A stretch of 64,000 bases of DNA from an uncultured Clostridia bacterium (GTDB lineage: Bacteria > Bacillota > Clostridia > Christensenellales > UBA1242), in NCBI GenBank assembly GCA_944380265.1, contig CALWGY010000001.1, forward strand, positions 229,697 to 293,696. Direction: 5' to 3'. Positions 55,497-64,000 of this stretch are shown here, one piece after another. The position numbers and the translations under genes are program-made. The notes below the pieces were generated by a model, which did no database searches, was not told the origin of the DNA, and saw only the letters and a list, made by a program, of their open reading frames with translations. Every line of letters begins with the position of its first letter. Position 1 is the first letter of the stretch.

Positions 55497-57347
55497 TTAA
55501 TATTGCAATGGTTGTGTTGTGTTATTTAAAACTTCTGTTTCATCTGCTAAATTTTCAACCAAGAACATTTGGTTAAACACTTTGTTGCGTTTAAATAGTT
55601 CATCAAATGTGCCACTATCTTCAATTTTTCCATTATCCAAAAAGTAAATTTTGTCGGCATTTTTTATGGTTGACAATCGGTGAGCAACAATTATAATGGT
55701 GCTTTTACCCTTTAACTTATCAATGCTGTGTTTAATGCTTTCTTGGGCAAAGTTGTCAAGAGAACTTGTGCTTTCATCAAAAATTATAATGCTAGAATTT
55801 CTTAAAAGTGCCCTTGCAATTGCCAAACGTTGTTTTTGACCACCAGAAAGTTTTATTCCACTTTCGCCAACCTTTGTGTTAATTCCGTTTTTTAAAGTTG
55901 CAACAAATTCATCGAATGCGGCATTTTTTAGTGCCGTGTTAATTTCTTCATCGGTTGCATCTTTTTTTGCGAGCAATAAATTTTCTTTTATTGTGGCATC
56001 GAATATGTATGGGAACTGGTTAACAAGCGAAATTGATTTTCGCAAAGTTTGTTTTGTTAACAAGTTTATGTTAACATCATCAATTAACACTTCGCCGCCA
56101 TCGGCTTCATACATTTTTGATATCAAATTTAAAATGGTGGATTTTCCACTGCCAGACCTACCAACAAAAGCAACTGTTGTGTTTGGTTCAATTGTGAAAT
56201 TCAAATTTTCAAACACTGTATTTTTGTTTGTTAGTGTCCAAACAGGTTTTAGTTTTTTTGCTTGTTTTTTTGTTATTTTCCCTTTTGATTCAGGTTTTAC
56301 CATTTCATATTCTTTATATGCATAACAAACATTTTTAAACTCAATTTTACCTTTAACATGTTCTAAATTGACATCTCCAAATTTTTCACAAATAAATTCT
56401 TTATTATCATACAACCCAAACATGCGCTCTGCCGCAATTTTTATTTCAACCGCTTGCGTTGACAAATTTCCAATGCAATATATAAAATTATACAATCCAT
56501 CACTGTTTGAATAAACAATCATAAATGTTGCAAAAGTGATTAGTGCTTTATCAAGTAAAACAACACCCAAAATAAGTAATCCTATTTTTGCCACTTCAAC
56601 AATAAAATTTCTAGCAGTTGAAATAAGCATGTTGTCAATGGCGGTTTTATAGCGCACATCACGATATTTTGTGTATGCACTGTTTGATAGTTCACTTAAC
56701 TTATCCTCAAGTCCAATTGATTTAATATCTTTTTCACTTCGAACAATTTCGGTTGTTAGTGTGTTAATTCTATCGTTAACTTGCCTTGTTTTTTGTCGGT
56801 TTTGCTTAAAAGTTTTAACTCTTTTTCTTTCAATAAAAAAGCAAACAATTAAAACTGCAAAAATAATTAAACCAATATATATGTTTAAAACCGAAACATA
56901 AATCATTATTGTTGTTGAAGTTATGATGGAAGTTATTAAATTTACCATGTTTGCAAATTCAAAAACTAATCGCTCTGGGTCATAAACAATACGTTGCACA
57001 AATGTTCCAGTTTCGTGATTTGCGTATGTTTCAGAATTAAGTTTGAAAGCCTGTTTTGCAAGGTCAAAATTCATGTCGCTTGTTATTTTGTTTGAATATT
57101 TGCTAAAAACATAGTCGGTTAAATTATATATTAGCCTTCTTAAAACATAACAACCAAGAACAATTAATAAAAACATTATTCCGTTTTTGTATTGTGCAAG
57201 CGTTATTTTTTCAATGGATTCAGCCAAAAGCAATGTTATGGCAACTTCCATTCCAGCACTTAGCATTTGAAGAACAACATATAATATTATTCCAACTTTA
57301 TATTTTTTTAAATAATTTTTAATTGTTACCGTGTTTTTATTATCCAT
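55497..57347 (-). CDS. ABC exporter, fused permease/ATPase (MsbA/type I exporter-like)
   Basis: 616-aa ORF with a 6-TM N-domain, Walker A GRSGSGKST, signature LSGGQKQR and Walker B IIIFDE. Confidence 0.85.
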   Translation of the reverse strand: MDNKNTVTIKNYLKKYKVGIILYVVLQMLSAGMEVAITLLLAESIEKITLAQYKNGIMFLLIVLGCYVLRRLIYNLTDYVFSKYSNKITSDMNFDLAKQAFKLNSETYANHETGTFVQRIVYDPERLVFEFANMVNLITSIITSTTIMIYVSVLNIYIGLIIFAVLIVCFFIERKRVKTFKQNRQKTRQVNDRINTLTTEIVRSEKDIKSIGLEDKLSELSNSAYTKYRDVRYKTAIDNMLISTARNFIVEVAKIGLLILGVVLLDKALITFATFMIVYSNSDGLYNFIYCIGNLSTQAVEIKIAAERMFGLYDNKEFICEKFGDVNLEHVKGKIEFKNVCYAYKEYEMVKPESKGKITKKQAKKLKPVWTLTNKNTVFENLNFTIEPNTTVAFVGRSGSGKSTILNLISKMYEADGGEVLIDDVNINLLTKQTLRKSISLVNQFPYIFDATIKENLLLAKKDATDEEINTALKNAAFDEFVATLKNGINTKVGESGIKLSGGQKQRLAIARALLRNSSIIIFDESTSSLDNFAQESIKHSIDKLKGKSTIIIVAHRLSTIKNADKIYFLDNGKIEDSGTFDELFKRNKVFNQMFLVENLADETEVLNNTTQPLQY

Positions 57348-57396
57348 AAATTTTTAACCCTTAGTGTTTATTAATTGGAAAATAATTAATGTGCAA

Positions 57397-58683
57397 CTAT
57401 ACATTTCTTAACTTTTTTCGAACTAAATTTTTTTCTTTTCCATTTGAAGATGGTTTGTAATACACCCTATCTTTTAATTCCTTTGGCATGTAGGTTTGCT
57501 TAACATATCCACCAAAGTCGTGCGGATATTTGTAAGACCCAGTTTTGTCGTTTATGCCACTTTCATGATTTTTTAGGTTGTTTGGCACTTGTGCATCAAT
57601 AAAGTTTTTTGCATCTTCCTTGGCTAAATTTTTTGCAATCAACACAGAATTACTTTTTTCTGCTTCACACAAATATATTATTGCATGCGACAAATTTAGT
57701 TCACATTCTGGCATGCCAAGTTCCTTAACTGCAATTAATGAACTTATTGCCATTAAAAGTGCGTTGCTATCTGCCATTCCAATGTCTTCGCTGGCATGAG
57801 CAATCATTCGCCTTGCAATAATTTTGGGGTCACAGCCACTAAGCAATAATTTTTGGCTGTAATAAAGTGCCGCCTCTGTGTCACTGCCCCTAAGGCTTTT
57901 ACAAAATGCACTTAAAACATCGTAATATGTTGTTTCATCAAGTGTTACTGCCTTTTTTTGAATGCATTCTTCTGCTGTTTGTTTGTCTATAACAATTACG
58001 CCACTTTTGTTTGCTGGTGTGGTTTTAACAGCAAGTTCCAAAGCATTATATGCATTTCTAACATCGCCAGCACTTGCCCATGCCAAGTGATTTAGTGCAT
58101 CGGGTTCAATTTTAATTTTAAGTTCGCCATAACCACGTTCCTTATCGTTAATTGCACGATTTAATGCAGTTATTATGTTTTGCTTGCTAAGTGGTTTAAA
58201 TTCAAAAACTCGGCAACGACTAACAATTGCACGTGTCATGTTGATGTATGGATTTTCAGTTGTGCTGCCAATGAAAATAATGCTTCCTTCTTCAATGGCT
58301 TCCAAAACGCAATCGGATTGCGCCTTGTTCCATCTGTGGCATTCATCAAGCAACAAAAATGTTTTTGTTCCATAAAGTTTTAAGTTGTTTCTGGCTTCGT
58401 CAATAATTGCTTTTGCTTCCGCCACCCCAGAACTTACTGCATTAAGTTTTTTAAACACGCCCTTGCAAGTGTTTGCTATTATGTTTGCAATGGTGGTTTT
58501 TCCTGATGCAGGTGGACCATAAAAAATACAACTGCCAATGCTACCACTTGTTATTGCTCTAACCAAAAAACTGTTTTTATAAATTAAATGCTCTTGCCCC
58601 AAAAATTTATCAAGTGTTTTTGGACGCATTCTGTCGGCAAGTGGTGCAAACTGTTTAACATTTTCTGAAAATAAATCGAACAT
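57397..58683 (-). CDS. rarA: replication-associated recombination protein A
   Basis: MFDLFSE...PLADRMRPKTLD with Walker A GPPASGKTT and the MgsA C-domain. ATG 58683 is preceded by AAGGAAA. The ORF-track start adds 15 residues. Confidence 0.88.
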   Translation of the reverse strand: MFDLFSENVKQFAPLADRMRPKTLDKFLGQEHLIYKNSFLVRAITSGSIGSCIFYGPPASGKTTIANIIANTCKGVFKKLNAVSSGVAEAKAIIDEARNNLKLYGTKTFLLLDECHRWNKAQSDCVLEAIEEGSIIFIGSTTENPYINMTRAIVSRCRVFEFKPLSKQNIITALNRAINDKERGYGELKIKIEPDALNHLAWASAGDVRNAYNALELAVKTTPANKSGVIVIDKQTAEECIQKKAVTLDETTYYDVLSAFCKSLRGSDTEAALYYSQKLLLSGCDPKIIARRMIAHASEDIGMADSNALLMAISSLIAVKELGMPECELNLSHAIIYLCEAEKSNSVLIAKNLAKEDAKNFIDAQVPNNLKNHESGINDKTGSYKYPHDFGGYVKQTYMPKELKDRVYYKPSSNGKEKNLVRKKLRNV

Positions 58684-58728
58684 TGTGTTTTCCTTTTTAT
58701 TACTTAAATACATTAAAGTATAACACAA

Positions 58729-59976
58729 TTATGCTTCGTTTTCAATTTTAATGGTGTTGTTTAATTTTAAATTTAATGTTTTTATGTTTTTTAAAATTAT
58801 CCCATTATAAACAACATAGCAATCATCATAATTGTTATTAATTAATAACTTGATGTCATTATAACACACTTCAATTTTTCCAATGTAAAATTGCGGTTTA
58901 AAAAACAAAATTGTATCTAAATTAAAACCAACACCCACAACTTGCATTAAAATGAAATTGTAAAGATCAAAATATTTTTTTGCATTAAACAAAAATTTTA
59001 TGGTTGTTTTGTAATAATACGGATAATGTTTTTTAACAAACAAAAAATTGTTGAATGGTTCAAAATTAAAGTTGTTTTTATATTCATTAATTAACAAATT
59101 TGGCAAAATATCATTTATTAATGTGTTCAGTTTTTCATTTTTTGTTTTAATTTTAAACTTAAAAATGTTTAACATGTTTTCAAACAAATTGCTGGTATTT
59201 TTTTTGGAAACTAAAAAACCATCATTTTGTTTTTCGATTAAAAAGGTGTTGTTTACAACTGCTCTGTTTTTAAATGTTTTTAAGTTTTGAATGTTAACAT
59301 TTAACAAATTTTTTATGTTTTTAGCATTTTTTATGGTTACTTTGCCACTGTTAAAACTAAAACCAAATTGTTTTTTGTTAATTATTTTTTTTGATACTTT
59401 TTGTTTTGAGATATGTTTTAAAAAAGTTGTTTGCGTAAAAAAATTTAAAGTTTTAAATCCACCACATAAATAAAATTTAAAAACTTGAATATTTTTGTTA
59501 CCTAACAAATTAAAATGGTTGTAACATTGTTTTTTAACACCATTAATATTTGCTTTTGTTAAATTTGAAAAGTTAACATTTGTTACAACAAAATTTTGTG
59601 CATTATTTGTTTTTGATTTTATGTTTATTATTGTTTTGTTACTAAAAACATGAAAAACAACCAAAAATTGTGCGTTATTTTTAAAAAAACAAATGTGATT
59701 TTTTGCATTTGCTAACTTAAAATTTTTAAGTTTGTTGCCATCAACAAAAACATAAAAATTTGTTGTGTAAAATTTGTTAGTTAACTTTTTTGGTTTTAAT
59801 ACCTTTCTTTGTTTTGATAAAATGTGTTTTTGTTTTATTTGTTTTTTAGTTTTATGTGCAAGTTTTTTAACATCACTTGTAACGCACAAAGCTTTTGGAA
59901 GTGGGCTTGAACCAATGGTTAATAACAAAAGTATTATAAAAAAAATTGATAAATTTAAAACATATAAAATTGTCAT
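58729..59976 (-). CDS. hypothetical Asn/Lys/Phe-rich protein with N-terminal signal/anchor
   Basis: 415-aa ORF with an N-terminal hydrophobic segment (LNLSIFFIILLLLTIGSS). I recognise no family. Confidence 0.55.
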   Translation of the reverse strand: MTILYVLNLSIFFIILLLLTIGSSPLPKALCVTSDVKKLAHKTKKQIKQKHILSKQRKVLKPKKLTNKFYTTNFYVFVDGNKLKNFKLANAKNHICFFKNNAQFLVVFHVFSNKTIINIKSKTNNAQNFVVTNVNFSNLTKANINGVKKQCYNHFNLLGNKNIQVFKFYLCGGFKTLNFFTQTTFLKHISKQKVSKKIINKKQFGFSFNSGKVTIKNAKNIKNLLNVNIQNLKTFKNRAVVNNTFLIEKQNDGFLVSKKNTSNLFENMLNIFKFKIKTKNEKLNTLINDILPNLLINEYKNNFNFEPFNNFLFVKKHYPYYYKTTIKFLFNAKKYFDLYNFILMQVVGVGFNLDTILFFKPQFYIGKIEVCYNDIKLLINNNYDDCYVVYNGIILKNIKTLNLKLNNTIKIENEA

Positions 59977-60011
59977 ATTAAATTATTGTTAAAAACTTAA
60001 AATTTAAACAA

Positions 60012-60050
60012 TAAAAAAAAGAAAACACATAAATAATTTTATGCGTTTTC
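60012..60050 (-). terminator. rho-independent terminator after rnpB
   Basis: Minus strand hairpin GAAAACGCAT...ATGTGTTTTC followed by TTTTTTTT. Confidence 0.7.
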
Positions 60051-60394
60051 TTAGTTAGACATTAAATAAGCCGAGTTCTGTATTAAGTGGTCATCTATCT
60101 AGACACGGTATTGCTAGCGTGTTCAAGCGATGTATCGAAAAACCAAGCGAGCAACTTTTAAATGTTTTTCTTATCTTGCACCGAGTAGTGTTTACAGCAA
60201 ATGTTAGTTACCTAACAAGTTGGTGAGCTCTTACCTCGCCCTTTCACCCTTACTTTAAAAACTTAAAGCGGTTTATTTCTGTTGCACTTTACCTTAGGTC
60301 ACCCTAGCCAGACGTTATCTGGTACCCTTGCTCTGTGGTGCTCGGACTTTCCTCATAAGGTTACCCTCATGCGACCACATAAATATCTAACTAA
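60051..60394 (-). ncRNA. rnpB: RNase P RNA
   Basis: Minus strand contains the universal P4 elements GAGGAAAGTCCGAGC and ACAGAACTCGGCTTA. P1 forms between TTAGTTAGATATTTA (5') and TAAATGTCTAACTAA (3'). A consensus promoter ends 6 nt upstream and a terminator follows directly downstream. Confidence 0.9.
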
Positions 60395-60399
60395 TAAGT

Positions 60400-60428
60400 A
60401 TTATACTACAAAACAACTTTTTTTGCAA
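60400..60428 (-). promoter_or_regulatory. sigma-A-type promoter of rnpB
   Basis: Minus strand reads TTGCAA (60428-60423), a 17-nt spacer, then TATAAT (60405-60400). Confidence 0.75.
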
Positions 60429-60508
60429 CCCCTATGCCATTTTTATTTTTACTTGGGAAAATGTATAGGAATTTTTAGAACAAAACATTTTTTGTTGAAC
60501 AAACCAAA

Positions 60509-61414
60509 TTAAACTTGTTGTTTGGAATCACTTAAAAATTTTGAAAGAGCATTTTTTTGTGCATTTGCAATTAAATTTTGCAATTTTCTAATTTTTAAAA
60601 GTATTTGAATTTTGCTTCTTGCTCCAAATTTTGAAAAATTGTTTTTAATGCTTTCAAATTTAAAAATGTTAAAAATGTTAACTTCTGGGCTGTAAACAAC
60701 AGAAGCAATGTTTAATTTTTGAATTGTGTTAACTTTTTCATCGGATTGTTTTAAAATGTAAGAACTTTTTTCTTTGAAAACTGTTGTTGATTTTAATTCA
60801 CTTTTGTTTGATTGGTTGTTTTTAGTGTTTATTGTTTGTTTTGCAAAAACAACAGCATGTGTGTGTGCATTAATTACTGTGGTGGTTGTTTTAAGCTTTT
60901 CAATTTGGTTATCATTCACTTTTTCTGTTTTTTGAATTACAACGCATGGCGTGTTACTTAAAACTTCTTCAAAGCACACAACTTCACTTTGACCAAAATC
61001 GCCAAGGTGGTTAAAACTTATAACGTTATTGTTAATTTTTAATTCATATTTATCTGTTCCAACAATGTAAGTAAACAAAAAGTGCGGAGTTGTTTGAATG
61101 TTTGATTTTGCTAAATTACTTAAAATATTGTTTGAACCTGAAACATTTTGCCTTAAATTATGTAAAACATACTTTCCTTGCTCAGTTTGTTCTGATATTG
61201 CACTATAATCAACAACTTCCATGTTTTTTGTGTTTTCAGTTGTTAAAAAGTCATAAATACTTAAAAACTGAGAATTGATTCCTTCAAAATTTGCACCAAA
61301 AAAATCTGTTATGTTATCTAGCCTTAAAAGTGTTGGATTTTTTTTAACTTCCGAATTATAAATTGTTTGTGCCATGCGAAACATATCATAATTTTCAGAA
61401 AAAATCATACACAA
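60509..61414 (-). CDS. hypothetical protein (301 aa)
   Basis: ORF with GGAGG upstream. Cytoplasmic-looking composition. I recognise no family. Confidence 0.55.
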   Translation of the reverse strand: MCMIFSENYDMFRMAQTIYNSEVKKNPTLLRLDNITDFFGANFEGINSQFLSIYDFLTTENTKNMEVVDYSAISEQTEQGKYVLHNLRQNVSGSNNILSNLAKSNIQTTPHFLFTYIVGTDKYELKINNNVISFNHLGDFGQSEVVCFEEVLSNTPCVVIQKTEKVNDNQIEKLKTTTTVINAHTHAVVFAKQTINTKNNQSNKSELKSTTVFKEKSSYILKQSDEKVNTIQKLNIASVVYSPEVNIFNIFKFESIKNNFSKFGARSKIQILLKIRKLQNLIANAQKNALSKFLSDSKQQV

Positions 61415-61720
61415 ACAACCTCCATTTGTTTTTAATTTATAGTTAAATTTTACACCAAAAACAACCCAGTGTCAATATTGATATTTAGTTATATTTTTAT
61501 AACTTTAAAACACATTTTTTTATTTTTAATCTTTAAAAGTTTTGTTGGTTTAAAACATTTTTATTTTTTGTGTTTTCATTAAAAAGTATTAAATTTTTAA
61601 TGTTCCATGTTTTTAGCAATAAAAAACTTTGCTTAACATTAAACATAAGAACAAAAAAACAACTTTGTTTAAAACTTAAAAAAACTTTAACTACAAAATG
61701 TAATTAAAGTTTGTTAAATT

Positions 61721-62416
61721 TTAGTAATATTCACTTTTAGAAATGTTTTCACGCATGGAATAAAGTGCTTTTTTCTCTAATCTTGAAATGTAACTTCTGC
61801 TAATTTTTAGTTTGTTTGCCACTTCCCTTTGAGTTAGTGCTGGAAGACCATTTAAACCATATCGCAAACAAATTATAACATATTCACGCTTTGTTAGCAC
61901 GCTTTTTAGTTTTTGATTTAACTTTTCAGAAATAACCGAATTGTTAACTTTGCTTTCAACATCATCGGAATCAAACATGATGTCTATCAGTGCAAGTTCG
62001 TTATCTTCGCTGTCGGTGCCAAGCGCTTCTTCAATTGAGATTGTGTTTTTATGTTTTTTGTTAACACGCAAAAGCATTAAAATTTCGTTTTCAATGCACT
62101 TTGCCGCATAGGTGGAAAACTGCGTTCCATGATTAAGTTTGAATGTTTTTATTGCTTTAATAAGTCCCAAACTTCCAACCGAAATTAAGTCATCTGCTTC
62201 ATCTGCCCCATTATATTTTTTAACAATGTGAGCAACCAACCTTAAATTGTGCTCAATTAAAATTTTGTATGCATTTTGGTCGCCTTCATGATATTTTTGC
62301 AGATACATGTTTTCTTCTTTGCTTGTTAATGGTTTTGCAAATGTTGAATTGTTTTTAACATAGGAAGAAAAAAGCATTATTTTTTGTATAAAAGTTACGT
62401 AACTTTCAAAAATCAT
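61721..62416 (-). CDS. sigK: sporulation-type sigma-70 family factor, pro-sigma-K-like
   Basis: 231-aa ORF. SYVKNNSTFAKPLTSKEENMYL...ILIEHNLRLVAHIVKKY aligns by eye with B. subtilis SigK (SYVKNNAFPQPLSSSEEKKYL...MLIEHNLRLVAHIVKKF). Region 4 is SRSYISRLEKKAL. A 17-aa hydrophobic leader precedes the SYVKNN site. Confidence 0.8.
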   Translation of the reverse strand: MIFESYVTFIQKIMLFSSYVKNNSTFAKPLTSKEENMYLQKYHEGDQNAYKILIEHNLRLVAHIVKKYNGADEADDLISVGSLGLIKAIKTFKLNHGTQFSTYAAKCIENEILMLLRVNKKHKNTISIEEALGTDSEDNELALIDIMFDSDDVESKVNNSVISEKLNQKLKSVLTKREYVIICLRYGLNGLPALTQREVANKLKISRSYISRLEKKALYSMRENISKSEYY

Positions 62417-62533
62417 TTTTTACCTCATTTTTAATTTTTTTTGTTAACCTCCAATTTTAATTAAAATATTTATATGTTTTATTTTGTCGAAATTTGCTTG
62501 TACAAAATTAAATTGTTAAAGTTTTATTAAAAA

Positions 62534-62560
62534 TAAAAAAAACCACCATTTTAGGTGGTT
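62534..62560 (-). terminator. rho-independent terminator after U32 peptidase gene
   Basis: Hairpin AACCACC/GGTGGTT (62541-62560). On the minus strand it is followed by an 8-nt U-run. Confidence 0.7.
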
Positions 62561-62615
62561 ATTTTTATGTTTGCATAGTATTTTGTTGTTAATTTTTTAT
62601 ATATTTTTTAATAAA

Positions 62616-63818
62616 TTAAACAATCTTTTTTCTTAAAATATCGCCCGGCATTAGTTTTAAATTTGTTTTTAAATATAGTTTTTGTTGCACTTGCAACGCA
62701 TCCATTACATCTGCCCCATTTTCATCTTTCAAACTTTCAACAGCAATGGTTTTGTTAAATGTTTTGTTTGGACTTAACACTTCTAATGTGTCACCAACTT
62801 TAAATCTGTTGCGTTGTTCAATTAAAACTTGTCCATTTTTGTTTTCCGACAAAACAACAGCCATAAATTCATGTGTTTGAACAGGAGTGGAAGAAGACAA
62901 ACACTCTTTGTCGGAACTGCCAAAATAAAAACCAGTTGTGTAATTTCTGTGGCTTGCCTTGTTAAGTTCAAGTGTTAAGGCACTATCTTGTTTATGTTTT
63001 TGCAAGTTATCAATTGCACGCCTATATGCATTAACAACTGTTGCAACATAATAAACACTTTTCATTCTTCCTTCAATTTTAAAACTTGTAACACCTGCAT
63101 CAATTAACTCTTGAAGATATTCAATCATGTTTAAATCTTTGCTGTTTAAAATGTATGTTCCGCGATTATCTTCATAAATTGGATATTCTTCGTTGTTTCT
63201 GCTTTTTTCATGAATTGTGTATTCCCAGCGGCATGCCTGAACGCACGCACCTTTGTTGGAATCACGATTTGCCATATAATTTGAAAGCAAACATCTACCA
63301 GAATAGGAAATGCACATTGCACCATGAACAAATGCTTCAAGTTCAACATCTGCCGGAATAAAATCTCTAATTTCCTTAATTTCCTTAACACTAAGTTCAC
63401 GAGCAAGCACCAAACGTTTTACGCCTAGGTCGCAAAAAAACTTTGCCGCATATTTGTTTGTTATGTTTGCTTGTGTGCTAACATGAATTTCAAGTTTTGG
63501 GCAAACCTTTTTAATAAGTTCAATTATTCCAACATCGGCAACAATTACGGCATCAACACCAATTTCATATAAATATTTTAAATATTCTGCCATGCCATCA
63601 AAATCGGCATTATGTGCAATAATGTTAACCGTTACGTATGCCTTTTTGTTAAGAGAATGAGCATATTCAACACTATCTTTTAAATTTTCGTCAGTAAAAT
63701 TTCCAGCATATGCCCTAAGTCCAAATTTTGTGCCTGCAAAATAACAAGCATCTGCTCCAAAATAAAACGCTGTTTTAAGTTTGTCCATATTGCCCGCAGG
63801 CGCTAAAAGTTCAACCAT
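62616..63818 (-). CDS. U32 family peptidase
   Basis: 400-aa ORF. MVELLAPAGN...GADACYFAG, E..VHGAMCISYSGRCLLS and the C-terminal beta-barrel are typical of the U32 (collagenase-like / RlhA-TrhP) family. Confidence 0.85.
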   Translation of the reverse strand: MVELLAPAGNMDKLKTAFYFGADACYFAGTKFGLRAYAGNFTDENLKDSVEYAHSLNKKAYVTVNIIAHNADFDGMAEYLKYLYEIGVDAVIVADVGIIELIKKVCPKLEIHVSTQANITNKYAAKFFCDLGVKRLVLARELSVKEIKEIRDFIPADVELEAFVHGAMCISYSGRCLLSNYMANRDSNKGACVQACRWEYTIHEKSRNNEEYPIYEDNRGTYILNSKDLNMIEYLQELIDAGVTSFKIEGRMKSVYYVATVVNAYRRAIDNLQKHKQDSALTLELNKASHRNYTTGFYFGSSDKECLSSSTPVQTHEFMAVVLSENKNGQVLIEQRNRFKVGDTLEVLSPNKTFNKTIAVESLKDENGADVMDALQVQQKLYLKTNLKLMPGDILRKKIV

Positions 63819-63829
63819 AATTTATCCTT

Positions 63830-64000
63830 TTAATTTTTTAATTTTGCAATGGAAACACCATCGCCAACATTTAGTTCAACACTTTCAAAACTATAGTCAA
63901 GTTTTATTTGACTTAAAAATTTTCGCAAATTAACAACAATTGTTCGTTTGCGATGCGGAATTGTTCCAACAATGAAAATCATGTTTTTAAAGTAAACATT
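63830..64000 (-). CDS. C-terminal 56 codons of an unidentified protein (5' part outside window)
   Basis: The open frame runs from the window edge to TAA at 63832-63830 (...VELNVGDGVSIAKLKN*), 11 nt before the U32 gene start. Function is not recognisable. Confidence 0.4.
   Translation of the reverse strand, partial: NVYFKNMIFIVGTIPHRKRTIVVNLRKFLSQIKLDYSFESVELNVGDGVSIAKLKN

Noticed and set aside
55876-56325. 149-aa plus-strand ORF inside the ABC transporter gene. The same applies to many 60-126-aa antisense or alternative-frame ORFs in the track (e.g. 1625-1828, 2681-2959, 12713-13030, 35589-35969, 45239-45547, 53516-53887).
   Set aside because: All lie within, and opposite to or out of frame with, long conserved genes. 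None has its own RBS or terminator.
60282-60512. 76-aa plus-strand ORF
   Set aside because: It lies antisense to RNase P RNA (conserved P4 elements on the minus strand) and its promoter.
62440-62520. CATATAAAT upstream of the sigma-K-like gene as a SigE/SigK-type -10 element (CATA---TA)
   Set aside because: The spacing to any AC -35 element does not fit, and the match is imperfect. It cannot be told apart from chance in AT-rich DNA without a mapped transcription start.

Overview
AT-rich (about 30% GC by eye, not computed) chromosomal segment from a low-GC Firmicute (Bacillota)-like bacterium. It uses the standard code: long ORFs are intact and lepA ends on TGA in an ATGA overlap with hemW. 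About 85% of the genes are on the minus strand and most are housekeeping. They sit in blocks that match classical Bacillus/Clostridium gene order: queA-ruvBA-ruvC-yebC; ytxC-like-thrS (T-box)-infC (AUU start, L20 leader)-rpmI-rplT; rpoZ-priA-def-fmt-rsmB-rlmN-rsgA-rpe / rpmB / asp23-DAK2; pcrA-ligA; lepA-hemW-hrcA (CIRCE)-grpE-dnaK-dnaJ-rsmE-mtaB-HIT-rpsU. Other content: a glycerol/lipid-scavenging set (glpK, lysophospholipase, a three-gene FAD glycerol-3-phosphate oxidoreductase cluster, an EEP-family phosphoesterase, a GDPD-like protein); a cadC-cadA metal-efflux pair with two clear operators; a four-tRNA operon (Val-Gly-Cys-Leu); RNase P RNA; an intact pro-sigma-K-like sporulation sigma factor; a U32 peptidase; an ABC exporter; rarA. 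The one part that does not look ordinary is the small islet between metG and the tRNA operon (23.8-26.6 kb). It opens with a tandem array of four 145-149-nt multi-hairpin units whose stems change between copies by compensatory substitutions. A fifth, partial copy forms a clean 84-nt cloverleaf-like four-way junction upstream of pcrA. I cannot assign this element to any RNA or mobile-element family I know. The islet also holds a small conserved-looking ORF, a membrane-anchored orphan, a 93-aa extremely basic Ser/Thr-rich protein, and a duplicated 5' half of tRNA-Val. All calls come from reading the sequence and the ORF track by eye. No database search, folding program or statistics was run.
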